This document shows, in pieces, positions 48,366 to 57,696 of a stretch of 64,000 nt of DNA. The number at the start of each line of letters is the position of its first letter. The stretch's first letter is position 1. The stretch is from Clostridia bacterium (GTDB lineage: Bacteria; Bacillota; Clostridia; CAKSNL01; HGM11501). The position numbers and the translations under genes were made by a program. Location: assembly GCA_045545475.1 (NCBI GenBank), contig JAZQAZ010000034.1:41713-105712 (forward strand), in the 5' to 3' direction. The notes beneath the pieces are model-generated. The model was not told where the DNA came from, did no database searches, and worked only from the letters and a program-made list of their open reading frames with translations.

Positions 48366-49562
48366 ATGGAATCACTCCGTGAGCTTTATAAGGTGGGAAG
48401 AGGGCCGTCAAGCTCCCATACAATAGGACCTGAGCGCGCCTGCCGGGAGATGGCGGAAAAATATCCCGATGCTGACGGCTTCAAGGCTGTTTTATACGGC
48501 TCCCTGGCAAAAACGGGAAAGGGGCACTGTACGGATGAGGTCATTAAAAAGACCTTTTTGCCAAAGGGGTGTACTGTTGAGTTTAATCTTACAGAATCGG
48601 AATTGCCCCACCCTAATACTATGGATATTTTTGCATTAAAAAGAGAAGAAATAATCGGAAAAGCCCGCATTTTAAGCGTTGGCGGCGGAAGTATTGTCTT
48701 TGACGGAAAAGAAGAGGCACGCCCCGAAAGAATATATAAACACACGAAGTTTTCCGACATTTCAGCATACTGCGAAAAGGAAAATATCGAGCTCTGGGAA
48801 TATGTTTTTTCTGTGGAGGGGGAAGAGTTTTACGACTATTTAGCCCATATATGGGAAACAATGAAAAACTCAATAAATAGAGGTCTTGCCGACGAAGGAA
48901 TATTGCCCGGAGGACTTGATGTCCATAAAAAGGCGAAGACACTTTTCTTAAGTCAGCATATTGATGAAAGCAGTGAAACCAGGGAAAACCGTATGGTTTG
49001 TGCCTATGCCTTCGCTGTGGGAGAGCAGAATGCCTCGGGTGAAACAATTGTAACTGCACCCACCTGCGGAGCGGCAGGAGTGCTTCCTTCGGTGCTTTAC
49101 TATGAACAGAAAAAGCATCGCTTTTCGGATGATGCTGTAATAAAGGCTCTTGCGACGGCAGGGCTTATCGGAAATCTTATAAAAACCAACGCCTCTATTT
49201 CGGGTGCGGAATGTGGCTGTCAGGCAGAAATAGGAAGTGCCTGTGCCATGGCAAGTGCGGCTCTTGCATCGCTTTTCTCCCTTTCAATAGATAAGATAGA
49301 GTATGCCGCTGAAATTGCCATAGAGCACCATTTGGGGCTTACCTGCGATCCTATATGCGGTCTTGTGCAGATTCCCTGCATCGAGCGTAATGCCGTTGCG
49401 GCAATGAGAGCAATAAATGCGGTAAATCTTTCGAGTTTTTTATGGAATACAAGAAAAATTTCCTTTGACAAGGTGGTAAAAACCATGAAGGAAACCGGAC
49501 TTGATATGCATTCGGCGTACAAGGAAACCTCTGAGGGCGGGCTTGCAAAGATTGATGTGTGA
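48366..49562 (+). CDS. sdaA: L-serine ammonia-lyase, Fe-S dependent (fused alpha/beta)
   Basis: GPSSSHT, APTCGAAG, SISGAECGCQAE, EHHLGLTCDP, PCIERN; alternative in-frame ATG at 48324. Confidence 0.92.
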   Translation: MESLRELYKVGRGPSSSHTIGPERACREMAEKYPDADGFKAVLYGSLAKTGKGHCTDEVIKKTFLPKGCTVEFNLTESELPHPNTMDIFALKREEIIGKARILSVGGGSIVFDGKEEARPERIYKHTKFSDISAYCEKENIELWEYVFSVEGEEFYDYLAHIWETMKNSINRGLADEGILPGGLDVHKKAKTLFLSQHIDESSETRENRMVCAYAFAVGEQNASGETIVTAPTCGAAGVLPSVLYYEQKKHRFSDDAVIKALATAGLIGNLIKTNASISGAECGCQAEIGSACAMASAALASLFSLSIDKIEYAAEIAIEHHLGLTCDPICGLVQIPCIERNAVAAMRAINAVNLSSFLWNTRKISFDKVVKTMKETGLDMHSAYKETSEGGLAKIDV

Positions 49563-49572
49563 GGAGGCAAAT

Positions 49573-50211
49573 ATGACAACTTTTGTTATAATAAGACACG
49601 GATTGAGTGTGACAAATAAGGGAAGCAGGTTTACAGGGCAGATGGATGTGCCTCTTGCCGAGGAGGGAGTTATTCAGGCGAAGGAAACCGGACGCTACAT
49701 AAAGGAAAACTTTAAGATTGATTCGGTATATTCGAGCGACCTTTGCCGTGCAGTGGAAACTGCACGGCCCGCCGCAGAAGCTTTTGGACTTTCCATACAA
49801 AAAAGACCGGATTTAAGGGAAATGAATGTGGGCTTATGGCAGGGAAGGACACTTTCGGATATTGAAAAGGAAGAGCCGGAAGCATATGGAAGGTGGATAA
49901 AGGATATACCCTCATTTGGCTTTCCGGGAGGCGAAAGCCATAAGGATATGGCGATACGGGCAAAAAAAGCCTTTGATGAAATGGCCAGAGAGAATGAAGG
50001 AAAAACAGTCCTTGTTGCAACCCACGGCGGACTTATAAGGAATATTCTCTGCACATTTACCGATAAAGGTATCGAAGGCATAAAAGATACCCCCAGGCTT
50101 TTAAATGCTTCTGTTACGGTGATGAAATACGATAACGGAAAAGCAGAATTTGTTTCTGTGGGAAAAACCGACCACCTTACAGAGAATGCATACAATATAA
50201 AAGGAGAATGA
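49573..50211 (+). CDS. Histidine phosphatase family protein
   Basis: RHG, SSDLCRAVETA, GGES, THGG; GGAGG RBS. Confidence 0.9.
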   Translation: MTTFVIIRHGLSVTNKGSRFTGQMDVPLAEEGVIQAKETGRYIKENFKIDSVYSSDLCRAVETARPAAEAFGLSIQKRPDLREMNVGLWQGRTLSDIEKEEPEAYGRWIKDIPSFGFPGGESHKDMAIRAKKAFDEMARENEGKTVLVATHGGLIRNILCTFTDKGIEGIKDTPRLLNASVTVMKYDNGKAEFVSVGKTDHLTENAYNIKGE

Positions 50212-50213
50212 TT

Positions 50214-51467
50214 ATGGTTAAAGAATATTTTCCCGACGGCACGGAAATTTCTTCATGGTTTTACGATACAAAAATCCCATCGCTTGCTGAGATGGGGAAA
50301 ATATATAAAATTACAGATTACGGAATATTAAACGACGGAAGCGTGCATACCGAAAAGCTTCAGAACTTAATTGATACGGCACATTCCGAGGGCGGTGGCG
50401 TAATTTATGTACCCGGCGGAATATTTAAAACCGGTGCACTCTTTTTCAAACAGGGTGTAAACCTTTACATAGAAAAGGGCGGCGTTTTAATGGGAAGCGA
50501 TGATATATCGGATTATCCGCTTATGGAAACAAGAATCGAAGGCGAAAGCTGTATGTACTATCCTGCATTAATAAATGCAGATAATGTTGACGGATTTGTG
50601 ATTTCCGGTGAAGGCGTAATTGACGGAAACGGTCTTAAGAGCTGGAAGGCGTTCTGGCAGAGACTTAAGTGGAACCCGAAAGCAACCAACAAGGATGAAC
50701 AAAGGCCGAGGCTTCTTTATATCTCCAACAGCAAAAATGTGATTATTTCAAATCTTACTCTCCAAAATTCCCATTTTTGGACAACTCATATATATAAGTG
50801 CAGTTTTGTTAAGTACTTAAACTTAAGAATTTTCTCGCCCGTAGCACCCGTAAAGGCACCCAGCACCGATGCCATTGATATCGATGTCTGCACGGATGTG
50901 TTGGTTAAAAACTGTTATATGGAGGTAAACGATGATTCCGTTGTATTAAAGGGCGGAAAGGGTCCTTGGGCGGATGAAGCACTCGAAAACGGATCAAATG
51001 AACGCATAATAGTTGAGGATTCAAAATACGGCTTCTGCCACGGATGCTTAACCTGCGGCTCGGAATCGGTGCATAACAGAAATATAATTTTAAGAAGAGT
51101 TAAAATTGAAAAGGGTAACAACCTTTTGTGGCTTAAAATGCGTCCGGATACTCCTCAGAAGTATGAATATATCAGATTAGAGGATATAGAAGGCAGAGTT
51201 TCAAGCTTTATTAACATCAATCCCTGGACACAGTTTTTCGACCTTAAGGGAAGGGAGGATATCCCACTTTCATATGCCGAAAATATTACGATGAAGAATA
51301 TTGATATAGACTGCAACATTTACTTCAATGTAAAGGGCGACGAAAGCCAGTATCACCTTTCGGACTTTACCTTTGAAAATATAAAGGTGAGAGCAAAGGA
51401 AGACAGATTTACGGAAGGCGTTGTTAAAAATATGAAATGCATTGATGTAAATGTGGAATTAAAATAA
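50214..51467 (+). CDS. Glycoside hydrolase family 28 (polygalacturonase-like beta helix)
   Basis: GGVIYVPGG, RPRL, PSTDAID, NDD, HGCLTCGSE, LKM motifs. Confidence 0.88.
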   Translation: MVKEYFPDGTEISSWFYDTKIPSLAEMGKIYKITDYGILNDGSVHTEKLQNLIDTAHSEGGGVIYVPGGIFKTGALFFKQGVNLYIEKGGVLMGSDDISDYPLMETRIEGESCMYYPALINADNVDGFVISGEGVIDGNGLKSWKAFWQRLKWNPKATNKDEQRPRLLYISNSKNVIISNLTLQNSHFWTTHIYKCSFVKYLNLRIFSPVAPVKAPSTDAIDIDVCTDVLVKNCYMEVNDDSVVLKGGKGPWADEALENGSNERIIVEDSKYGFCHGCLTCGSESVHNRNIILRRVKIEKGNNLLWLKMRPDTPQKYEYIRLEDIEGRVSSFININPWTQFFDLKGREDIPLSYAENITMKNIDIDCNIYFNVKGDESQYHLSDFTFENIKVRAKEDRFTEGVVKNMKCIDVNVELK

Positions 51468-51505
51468 ATAAATCGCTGAGGCATTGCCTCAGCGATTTAT
51501 TTATT
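51463..51505. terminator. Bidirectional terminator
   Basis: aataaataaatcgctgaggc-att-gcctcagcgatttatttatt. Confidence 0.85.
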
Positions 51506-52082
51506 TTCCGCTTTTTAATCTGAACTTAAGCTTTCCGATTACGTTTTCTATGGGAACCGGACCTATGACACGGCTGTCTGTAGAGTGATTGCGGTTATCT
51601 CCCATAACCCAGATATAGCCTTCGGGGACTTCGATTTCGCTTCCTGAATATACCGGGTCTTCATCGGGATTTACATAGGTTTCTTCAAGAAGAATTCCGT
51701 TTCTGTAAAGTTTTCCGTCTTCCATTTTAATGGTGTCACCGGGAAGGCCTATTACACGCTTAACCCAGTATATATCATCTGTGGAAGGTTTCAAAAGCGA
51801 TGTTATCACGTTGTATTTCAGTATGTCGGTAAAATCATCCGAAAGAGATCTTACACGCTGACTTCTGCTGTCGATAACAATGACGTCTTCGTAGTCGGGG
51901 AAGGCATTGGTTAAATTGCCAATCTTTGAGATTACATATAAATCACCATGATGCAGTGTGGGAACCATTGAAGAACCTTGCACCCTGGTAATCTGGAACA
52001 CAAAAACATTCAATAAGGAAGCAATAATGAATGCGGCGGCAATGTATAAAAGCCAGCTTCCGATTTCTTTTAAGATTTTCAC
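51501..52082 (-). CDS. lepB: Signal peptidase I
   Basis: GSSMVPTL, VKRVIGLPGD, GDNRNHSTDSR. Confidence 0.95.
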   Translation of the reverse strand: MKILKEIGSWLLYIAAAFIIASLLNVFVFQITRVQGSSMVPTLHHGDLYVISKIGNLTNAFPDYEDVIVIDSRSQRVRSLSDDFTDILKYNVITSLLKPSTDDIYWVKRVIGLPGDTIKMEDGKLYRNGILLEETYVNPDEDPVYSGSEIEVPEGYIWVMGDNRNHSTDSRVIGPVPIENVIGKLKFRLKSGK

Positions 52083-52251
52083 TTAAAACAAGTCCTTTCT
52101 TAATGGGTTACTAATTATTATAGTACATAGTTTCCGCTTAGTCAATAAAAATTAAGTAACTTTTTGTCCGAAAATTTTAATTATTTTATGACATGGTATG
52201 ACATGATTTGCATCCGTTTGACTGTATAATTAAGCAAAAGAGGGTGGTTGT

Positions 52252-53157
52252 TTGATTTTGTATATAGACAGCTTCTTTTTCATCAATTTTCTTTTTGATT
52301 TTCTTATTCTCTTTATAACGGCATATCTTGGCGGAATAAAAATCTGTTTTGGGAGACTTATTCTTTCATCAGTTATCGGAAGTATTGCTTCCTGTATAGC
52401 GGTGCTTTTCGGCTTTGTGACGTCATTTTTCTTAAAAGCCGTAGTTATTGCTTTAATGAGCCTTGTTGCCTTTGGGTTTTCGTCCTTTAAGATATATTTA
52501 AGGCAGAGCGTATTGCTGTTTACGGGATTTTTCATTCAGGGAGGTGCTGCCGGTCTTTTGTCACTTTACGGAAAGGGAGATGTTTACAGCGGCATTTATC
52601 ATGTGGACTTTCCGCTTATCGGGTTTCTTTTTCTGATAGTTATGGGGTTAAGTGCTACGTTTATTATTTCAGCAGGCATAAAAGAAAGAAGAGGAAAAAT
52701 ATTTGTGGCGGTGGAAATTTACAAAAACGGTGAGCGTTTTAAGCTTAAAGCACTCTATGACAGCGGAAATCTTTGTACCGATGTTTTGACTAATCTGCCC
52801 GTTATAGTGGCAGAAAATATATTTCCGGGAGTGCAAACTCGGGAGAATGTATTTACAACGGCGTCGGGAATCGGAGAAATGGGGATTTTTTATCCTGATT
52901 ATGTAAGGGTAAATATAAAAGGAGAAACCTATGAAGGAAAAGATATAGCAATCGGTGTTGTAAATGAAAGGCTTTCGTCTGACCGCAGGTTTAATGCATT
53001 AATTGGAGGGATTTGTTTTGACAGACTTATTAAAGAAATTAATTCATCTTCTGGCTGTATTAAGGGGAGAAGAAGGAGTTTATTACATAGGGACGGCACA
53101 TCCGCTCCCACCGCCCCTGGACATACAAGAGGAGGAAAAACTTTTAAGGGAGCTTAA
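52252..53157 (+). CDS. spoIIGA: Sigma-E processing peptidase SpoIIGA
   Basis: [12 protein letters not shown] start, multiple TMs, DSGN catalytic motif; upstream of sigE. Confidence 0.88.
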   Translation: MILYIDSFFFINFLFDFLILFITAYLGGIKICFGRLILSSVIGSIASCIAVLFGFVTSFFLKAVVIALMSLVAFGFSSFKIYLRQSVLLFTGFFIQGGAAGLLSLYGKGDVYSGIYHVDFPLIGFLFLIVMGLSATFIISAGIKERRGKIFVAVEIYKNGERFKLKALYDSGNLCTDVLTNLPVIVAENIFPGVQTRENVFTTASGIGEMGIFYPDYVRVNIKGETYEGKDIAIGVVNERLSSDRRFNALIGGICFDRLIKEINSSSGCIKGRRRSLLHRDGTSAPTAPGHTRGGKTFKGA

Positions 53158-53722
53158 AGACGGAAACGAAAAAGCAAAGGAGGAACTTATCGAAAGAAAC
53201 TTAAGACTTGTAATTTATATTGCAAGAAAATTTGAAAACACGGGAGTTGGAACAGAGGATTTGGTATCCATTGGTTCAATCGGACTTATCAAAGCCATAA
53301 ACACATTTGATACGGATAAAAATATTAAGCTTGCAACCTATGCATCCAGATGTATAGAAAATGAAATTTTAATGTATCTTCGTAAAACCGGAAATCAAAG
53401 AACAGAAATTTCTCTGGATGAGCCGCTTAATACAGACTGGGATGGAAACGATTTGCTTTTATCCGAACTTCTGGGTACAGACGAGGATGTGGTGAACAGA
53501 AATATTGAAACAAAAACAGAGCATAAAATGCTTCTGGATGCTGTGGGAAGACTTGGGAAAAGAGAAAGGATAATAATGAATTTGAGGTTTGGGCTTGACG
53601 GTTCTAATGAGAAAACTCAAAAAGAAGTGGCAGATTTGCTGGGAATATCGCAAAGCTATATATCGAGATTGGAAAAGAGAATTTTGGAAAAGCTTAAAAA
53701 GGAAATTATAAAATTAAGCTGA
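53018..53722 (+). CDS. sigE: RNA polymerase sporulation sigma factor SigE (pro-sigma E)
   Basis: [51 protein letters not shown]; TTG at 53018 after GGAGG. Confidence 0.96.
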   Translation: MTDLLKKLIHLLAVLRGEEGVYYIGTAHPLPPPLDIQEEEKLLRELKDGNEKAKEELIERNLRLVIYIARKFENTGVGTEDLVSIGSIGLIKAINTFDTDKNIKLATYASRCIENEILMYLRKTGNQRTEISLDEPLNTDWDGNDLLLSELLGTDEDVVNRNIETKTEHKMLLDAVGRLGKRERIIMNLRFGLDGSNEKTQKEVADLLGISQSYISRLEKRILEKLKKEIIKLS

Positions 53723-53733
53723 AAGGAATTTTT

Positions 53734-54033
53734 ATGTATATAAATAAAGTGGAACTTTCGGGAGTTAACACATCAAAGCTTCCGGTTTTGACGAAAAAGG
53801 AAAAGGAAGAGCTTCTTTTAAGAATCAAAGAAGGAGACGGCCAGGCCCGGGAAAAATTTATAGGCGGAAATTTAAAGCTTGTCCTGAGCGTTATGCAACG
53901 TTTTTCATCCCGCGGAGAAAACCCGGATGATTTATTCCAGGTGGGTTGCATAGGGCTGATAAAGGCAATTGATAATTTTGACATTACACAAAACGTACAG
54001 TTCAGTACGTACGCAGTGCCGATGAATGTATAA
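53734..54033 (+). pseudogene. sigG: 5' half of sporulation sigma factor SigG (ends after FSTYAVPM); split or truncated gene
   Basis: NKVE..GVNTSKLPVL, GNLKLVLSV, DDLFQVGCIGLIKAIDNFD and FSTYAVPM, then NV-stop; canonical position after sigE; regions 3 and 4 absent. Confidence 0.9.
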
Positions 54034-54040
54034 AGGCATG

Positions 54041-54088
54041 AAAAACGCATAGCTCAAAGAAAGGTTTGAAGCTATGCGTTATTTTTTT
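54041..54088. terminator. Terminator between the sigG fragment and a convergent operon
   Basis: aacgcatagctcaaa..tttgaagctatgcgtt plus T run. Confidence 0.7.
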
Positions 54089-54092
54089 ATGT

Positions 54093-54566
54093 TTATTTTT
54101 TTATGTTTAATTTTTTAAGGAGATTTTTTAATGCTCGTTTCGGAAGGCGAAAACGATTTTTTGCCTTTTTTTCTTTAATCATTTTCTCGGTATAGCGAGA
54201 ATATTCTTCGCATTCGGAGAAGATTATTTCAATATCGTCTCTTATCATTCCTGATGCCACAGCAATCATATGTTGCCTTAAAATACCTTTTTCAAGAACA
54301 GTCTGATTGTCTCCGCACATTGTATAAGCATTACGTTCTTTTCTTATAACTCTGTGAAGAACGAATTTGCCGTCATCTCTTTTATATAAAATTATATCTC
54401 CGGCTTTTACCTCATCGGGTAACGGGGAAAGAATAACTGAATCGTATCCTTCACGGATAAGAGGAAGCATGCTTGTTCCCCTGGGCATCATTGGAAAGGT
54501 ATAGCCATTTTCAAGGGTTTCCCTTATCAGTGGCTCTAAGTCCTTCATGGAAAAGCTGATGCCCAT
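54093..54566 (-). CDS. S24/S26 family peptidase (no TM anchor)
   Basis: GTSMLPLI, GDIILY, VLHRV, GDN. Confidence 0.85.
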   Translation of the reverse strand: MGISFSMKDLEPLIRETLENGYTFPMMPRGTSMLPLIREGYDSVILSPLPDEVKAGDIILYKRDDGKFVLHRVIRKERNAYTMCGDNQTVLEKGILRQHMIAVASGMIRDDIEIIFSECEEYSRYTEKMIKEKKAKNRFRLPKRALKNLLKKLNIKK

Positions 54567-54567
54567 T

Positions 54568-54837
54568 TTAATCCTCCAGAGCACCGATGGAAGAAAGGGT
54601 GCTTATAAATTTGGTTATATCGGCATTTGCTGTTGCTTCATCAACATCATATTCGTTAAGGAAAGCATCAAGGATTTCTTCTTTGCCCTTGCCTTCCGAG
54701 ATGAGGTTAAATAAAAAAACACCTGTTTCGTTTAATGTAATGATTTTATTTTTGAGGTCTGGGTTAAGAAACATTAAAATGTTTTCTCCGGCAATTTCCT
54801 TTAATATAAAGCCTGATTTGATTTTCATTTTTATCAT
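54568..54837 (-). CDS. PqqD family protein (RiPP recognition element-like)
   Basis: GFILKEIAGE, TLNETG.FLF, EYDVD..A..D. Confidence 0.88.
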   Translation of the reverse strand: MIKMKIKSGFILKEIAGENILMFLNPDLKNKIITLNETGVFLFNLISEGKGKEEILDAFLNEYDVDEATANADITKFISTLSSIGALED

Positions 54838-55538
54838 CCTTTCTTATTCATTGTCCGCTCGGCAATGATTGCGGCTTCATCTGATATATTGCATGAAAGT
54901 CTGTATGCAGGAATATGATTTAAAAAACTGTCAAGTAGAGTGAACAGTTTTTCGGTGGCTTCTTTTTCTTCAGGTATATACAACTGGTCAAATATTTTTA
55001 AGAGAACCTCTTTGCTGCTTATGGGACAGATACTGTTTTTTTTGGATCTTTCAATAAAGCAAAGGGCACCGACCTTTGCACGGGCGTTTTTATTATAGCC
55101 TTCTTTTCCGCACCAGGGAGTGCCGTATACATAAAACTCCCCGTCAATAAGTCTGAAAATGGGTTTATCCCCGTTTATTATAAAAGAGCCGGGGAAGTTT
55201 TTGAGCCACAGCATCGAATGGGTGGTTTTTCCCGTTCCGCTTTTAGCAGTAAAGACGTAGGCAACACCTTGATGAACCACCACGGAAGAATGCATCATAA
55301 AGGCGTTATGTGAAATAACCAGCGAACAGATTTTTCTGTAAAGACAAAGGGATTCGTGATAAGGAACAGGGAAGGCGGGTTCCTTCTTTGCGGCAAGAAG
55401 GAGATCATCTTCTGTAACCTCAACGGTGAAGTCGGCTTCATCTTCGGTCGTTACTACATAATCCTTTATAAGGTCAAGGGTGCATTTATACTTTATTTTT
55501 ATATCGAACAACAAGTCGCAAAGCTTAAGCTTAAGCAT
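54834..55538 (-). CDS. HprK-related P-loop kinase
   Basis: MHSSVV, AKSGTGKTTH, INGDKP, YGTPWCGKE. Confidence 0.75.
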   Translation of the reverse strand: MLKLKLCDLLFDIKIKYKCTLDLIKDYVVTTEDEADFTVEVTEDDLLLAAKKEPAFPVPYHESLCLYRKICSLVISHNAFMMHSSVVVHQGVAYVFTAKSGTGKTTHSMLWLKNFPGSFIINGDKPIFRLIDGEFYVYGTPWCGKEGYNKNARAKVGALCFIERSKKNSICPISSKEVLLKIFDQLYIPEEKEATEKLFTLLDSFLNHIPAYRLSCNISDEAAIIAERTMNKKG

Positions 55539-55710
55539 TTTACACCCTCCTTACAAATATACTTATTTCAGTATAACACGAATTTTTGATATATTCAAGA
55601 TATTTTTGCAAAGAGGAATTGACGATGACAAAAAAGTGCTGTTTTTGTGCATGAAAATATATTGTAATAGCAAAAAATTGGTGGTATAATGTAAAAAAGG
55701 AGTGATTTGT

Positions 55711-56421
55711 GTGATAAAGGTACTCATATGGAACGAATTTAAGCATGAAAAGAAAAGTGATTTGGTTAAGGCAATTTATCCCGACGGTATGCATAGGGCA
55801 ATAGGCGAAGCTCTTAAGTGCGATGATATAGAAGTGAGATATGCAACTCTGGAAGAGGAAAACTGCGGAATAACCGATGAAATATTAGCGGATACCGATG
55901 TTTTAATATGGTGGGGACATATGGCACATAATGAAGTGCCTGATGAAATTGCAAAAAAGGTGCAAAATGCTGTGCTTTCCGGAATGGGTGCAATTTTCCT
56001 TCATTCGGCACACCATTCAAAACCCTTCCGTCTTCTTATGGGTACAACGTGTAATTTGAGCTGGAGAGAGGACGGAGATATGGAAAGAGTGTGGGTTGTA
56101 AAGCCGAGCCACCCGATTGTACAGGGAATAGGTCGTTATTTTGAGCTTCCTCATGAGGAAACATATGCAGAGCCCTTTGATATTCCCGAGCCTATGGAAA
56201 CTATCCTTATAGGAAGTTATGAGGGAAGCGAGGTTTTCCGTTCGGGTGCTACATATAAGAGGGGAAACGGAAAGATTTTTTATTTCCAGCCGGGGCACGA
56301 AACCTTTCCCACATTTCACGATGAAAACGTAAAGACGATTATTAAAAATGCGGTTTATTGGGTAAAGAGCGATTACAGAAAGGCGATTCCCTGCCCTAAG
56401 ATTACTAAGATTGAAAAATAA
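55711..56421 (+). CDS. thuA: ThuA-like (trehalose utilisation) protein
   Basis: WNEF.HE, YPDGMH, WWGH.AH, LHSAH, FRSG, YFQPGHE. Confidence 0.9.
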   Translation: MIKVLIWNEFKHEKKSDLVKAIYPDGMHRAIGEALKCDDIEVRYATLEEENCGITDEILADTDVLIWWGHMAHNEVPDEIAKKVQNAVLSGMGAIFLHSAHHSKPFRLLMGTTCNLSWREDGDMERVWVVKPSHPIVQGIGRYFELPHEETYAEPFDIPEPMETILIGSYEGSEVFRSGATYKRGNGKIFYFQPGHETFPTFHDENVKTIIKNAVYWVKSDYRKAIPCPKITKIEK

Positions 56422-56424
56422 TAT

Positions 56425-56454
56425 AAAGGGCTGTGACAGAAGTCACAGCCCTTT
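56425..56454 (+). terminator. Hairpin/terminator after thuA
   Basis: aaagggctgtgac-agaa-gtcacagcccttt. Confidence 0.65.
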
Positions 56455-56465
56455 CGGAGATTTTT

Positions 56466-57338
56466 ATGAACGAGATTTACGATGAAGGAAAAGCGAAAAT
56501 AGACGGATTTGAAATTCCCGTACAATGCATTGTGATGACGGCAGGAAAGGGAGACAGATTTAGCCTTAAGCATTACCACGAATATGTGGAACTTTTATAC
56601 GGCCTTTCTGAATGCGATATACGAGTGTGGGCGGAAGGCAAGGTTTACAAGGTTAAAGAAGGCGATTTGTGCATCATAAATTCGGGAACTGCACACGCCG
56701 TAAGGTCTGAAATTGCAAAAAGCACATACCTTGTAATTAAGTTTGAACCGGGGATTTTGTATGCTGCGGAGCAGTCGGTTTTCGAGTTCAAGTATCTTTT
56801 TCCTTTTGTGGAAGGAAACGACGATTTTCGTAAAGTGTTTAGATATGATGAACTTGCAGGCTCTGAAATCCCCGACCTTATGGAGGATATCATTAAAGAA
56901 TGGACGGCTAAGGACTACGGCTATGAAATTGCGGTACGTTCATCGGTAATAAGAGCTGCACTTTATCTTATGAGAAAATGGCATTCGGAAAAAGCAGATT
57001 TAGCTGTATATGAGAATTCCGACGGGGTGAAGTACATAAAAAGGGCGATGGAGTATGCAAGAGGCTCATACCTCACGGCAAACACCAATGAAGCCGCCGA
57101 TATCTGCGGTTTAAGCTACGGGTATTTTTCAAGGCTTTTTAAGAGAATTGCGGGTAAAAGCTTTACGGAATATGTAAATTCAATTAAAATAAACGAAGCT
57201 AAAAAAATGCTGGCAACGGAAAATAAAAGCGTAACCGATGTTGCCATGACTCTTGGCTTTTCTTCCGTAAGCTACTTTGCAAGGCAGTTTAAAAAAGAAA
57301 CGGGAATTACACCTCATAAATTCAAGAAAGAAATGTAG
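56466..57338 (+). CDS. AraC family transcriptional regulator
   Basis: HYHEYVELLY cupin; LSYGYFSRLFK and GFSSVSYFARQFKK HTH. Confidence 0.92.
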   Translation: MNEIYDEGKAKIDGFEIPVQCIVMTAGKGDRFSLKHYHEYVELLYGLSECDIRVWAEGKVYKVKEGDLCIINSGTAHAVRSEIAKSTYLVIKFEPGILYAAEQSVFEFKYLFPFVEGNDDFRKVFRYDELAGSEIPDLMEDIIKEWTAKDYGYEIAVRSSVIRAALYLMRKWHSEKADLAVYENSDGVKYIKRAMEYARGSYLTANTNEAADICGLSYGYFSRLFKRIAGKSFTEYVNSIKINEAKKMLATENKSVTDVAMTLGFSSVSYFARQFKKETGITPHKFKKEM

Positions 57339-57383
57339 GAATAACAGAAAATATGAAATGCGACTGTTCGTTATTCAAAACAC

Positions 57384-57412
57384 TTGACAAAAATTAAAAA
57401 ATATATTATAAT
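57384..57412 (+). promoter_or_regulatory. Sigma-A promoter of ileS
   Basis: TTGACA-17 bp-TATAAT. Confidence 0.8.
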
Positions 57413-57429
57413 ATCATAGATTGTGAATA

Positions 57430-57680
57430 TAAAGACTTTGACGAAGACAGTAGCTTTTGGTAAAAGCCACGGTAAATTTAATTTACCTAAGAGCGAGTCG
57501 GGGATGGTGTAAGCCCGATGGTAAGTAACCGATTTTGCGAAAATCACTTCCGAGTTGCGCTCCGAAAAAAGTAGGCGGCGACGTTATCTCTTACGTCAGT
57601 AGAGCGGCATATGTCAGTATGCGCAGAAGGTGGTTAACGGTTTTTCCCGTCCTTACTGCAAGGACGGGATTTTTAATTTT
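57430..57680 (+). promoter_or_regulatory. T-box riboswitch (Ile)
   Basis: AG box agagcgag, GGTG box, specifier ATC at 57543-57545, AAGGTGGT T-box at 57627, terminator tcccgtcctt/aaggacggga plus T run. Confidence 0.88.
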
Positions 57681-57696
57681 CAAGGAGGTTTTTCCT

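Noticed and set aside
52180-52230. Spo0A boxes upstream of spoIIGA (tatgaca twice)
   Set aside because: Only partial matches to the consensus; plausible from context but not demonstrable
57535-57696. N-terminal extension of IleRS in the ORF track
   Set aside because: This is the T-box leader; the true start is ATG 57697 with an AGGAGG RBS
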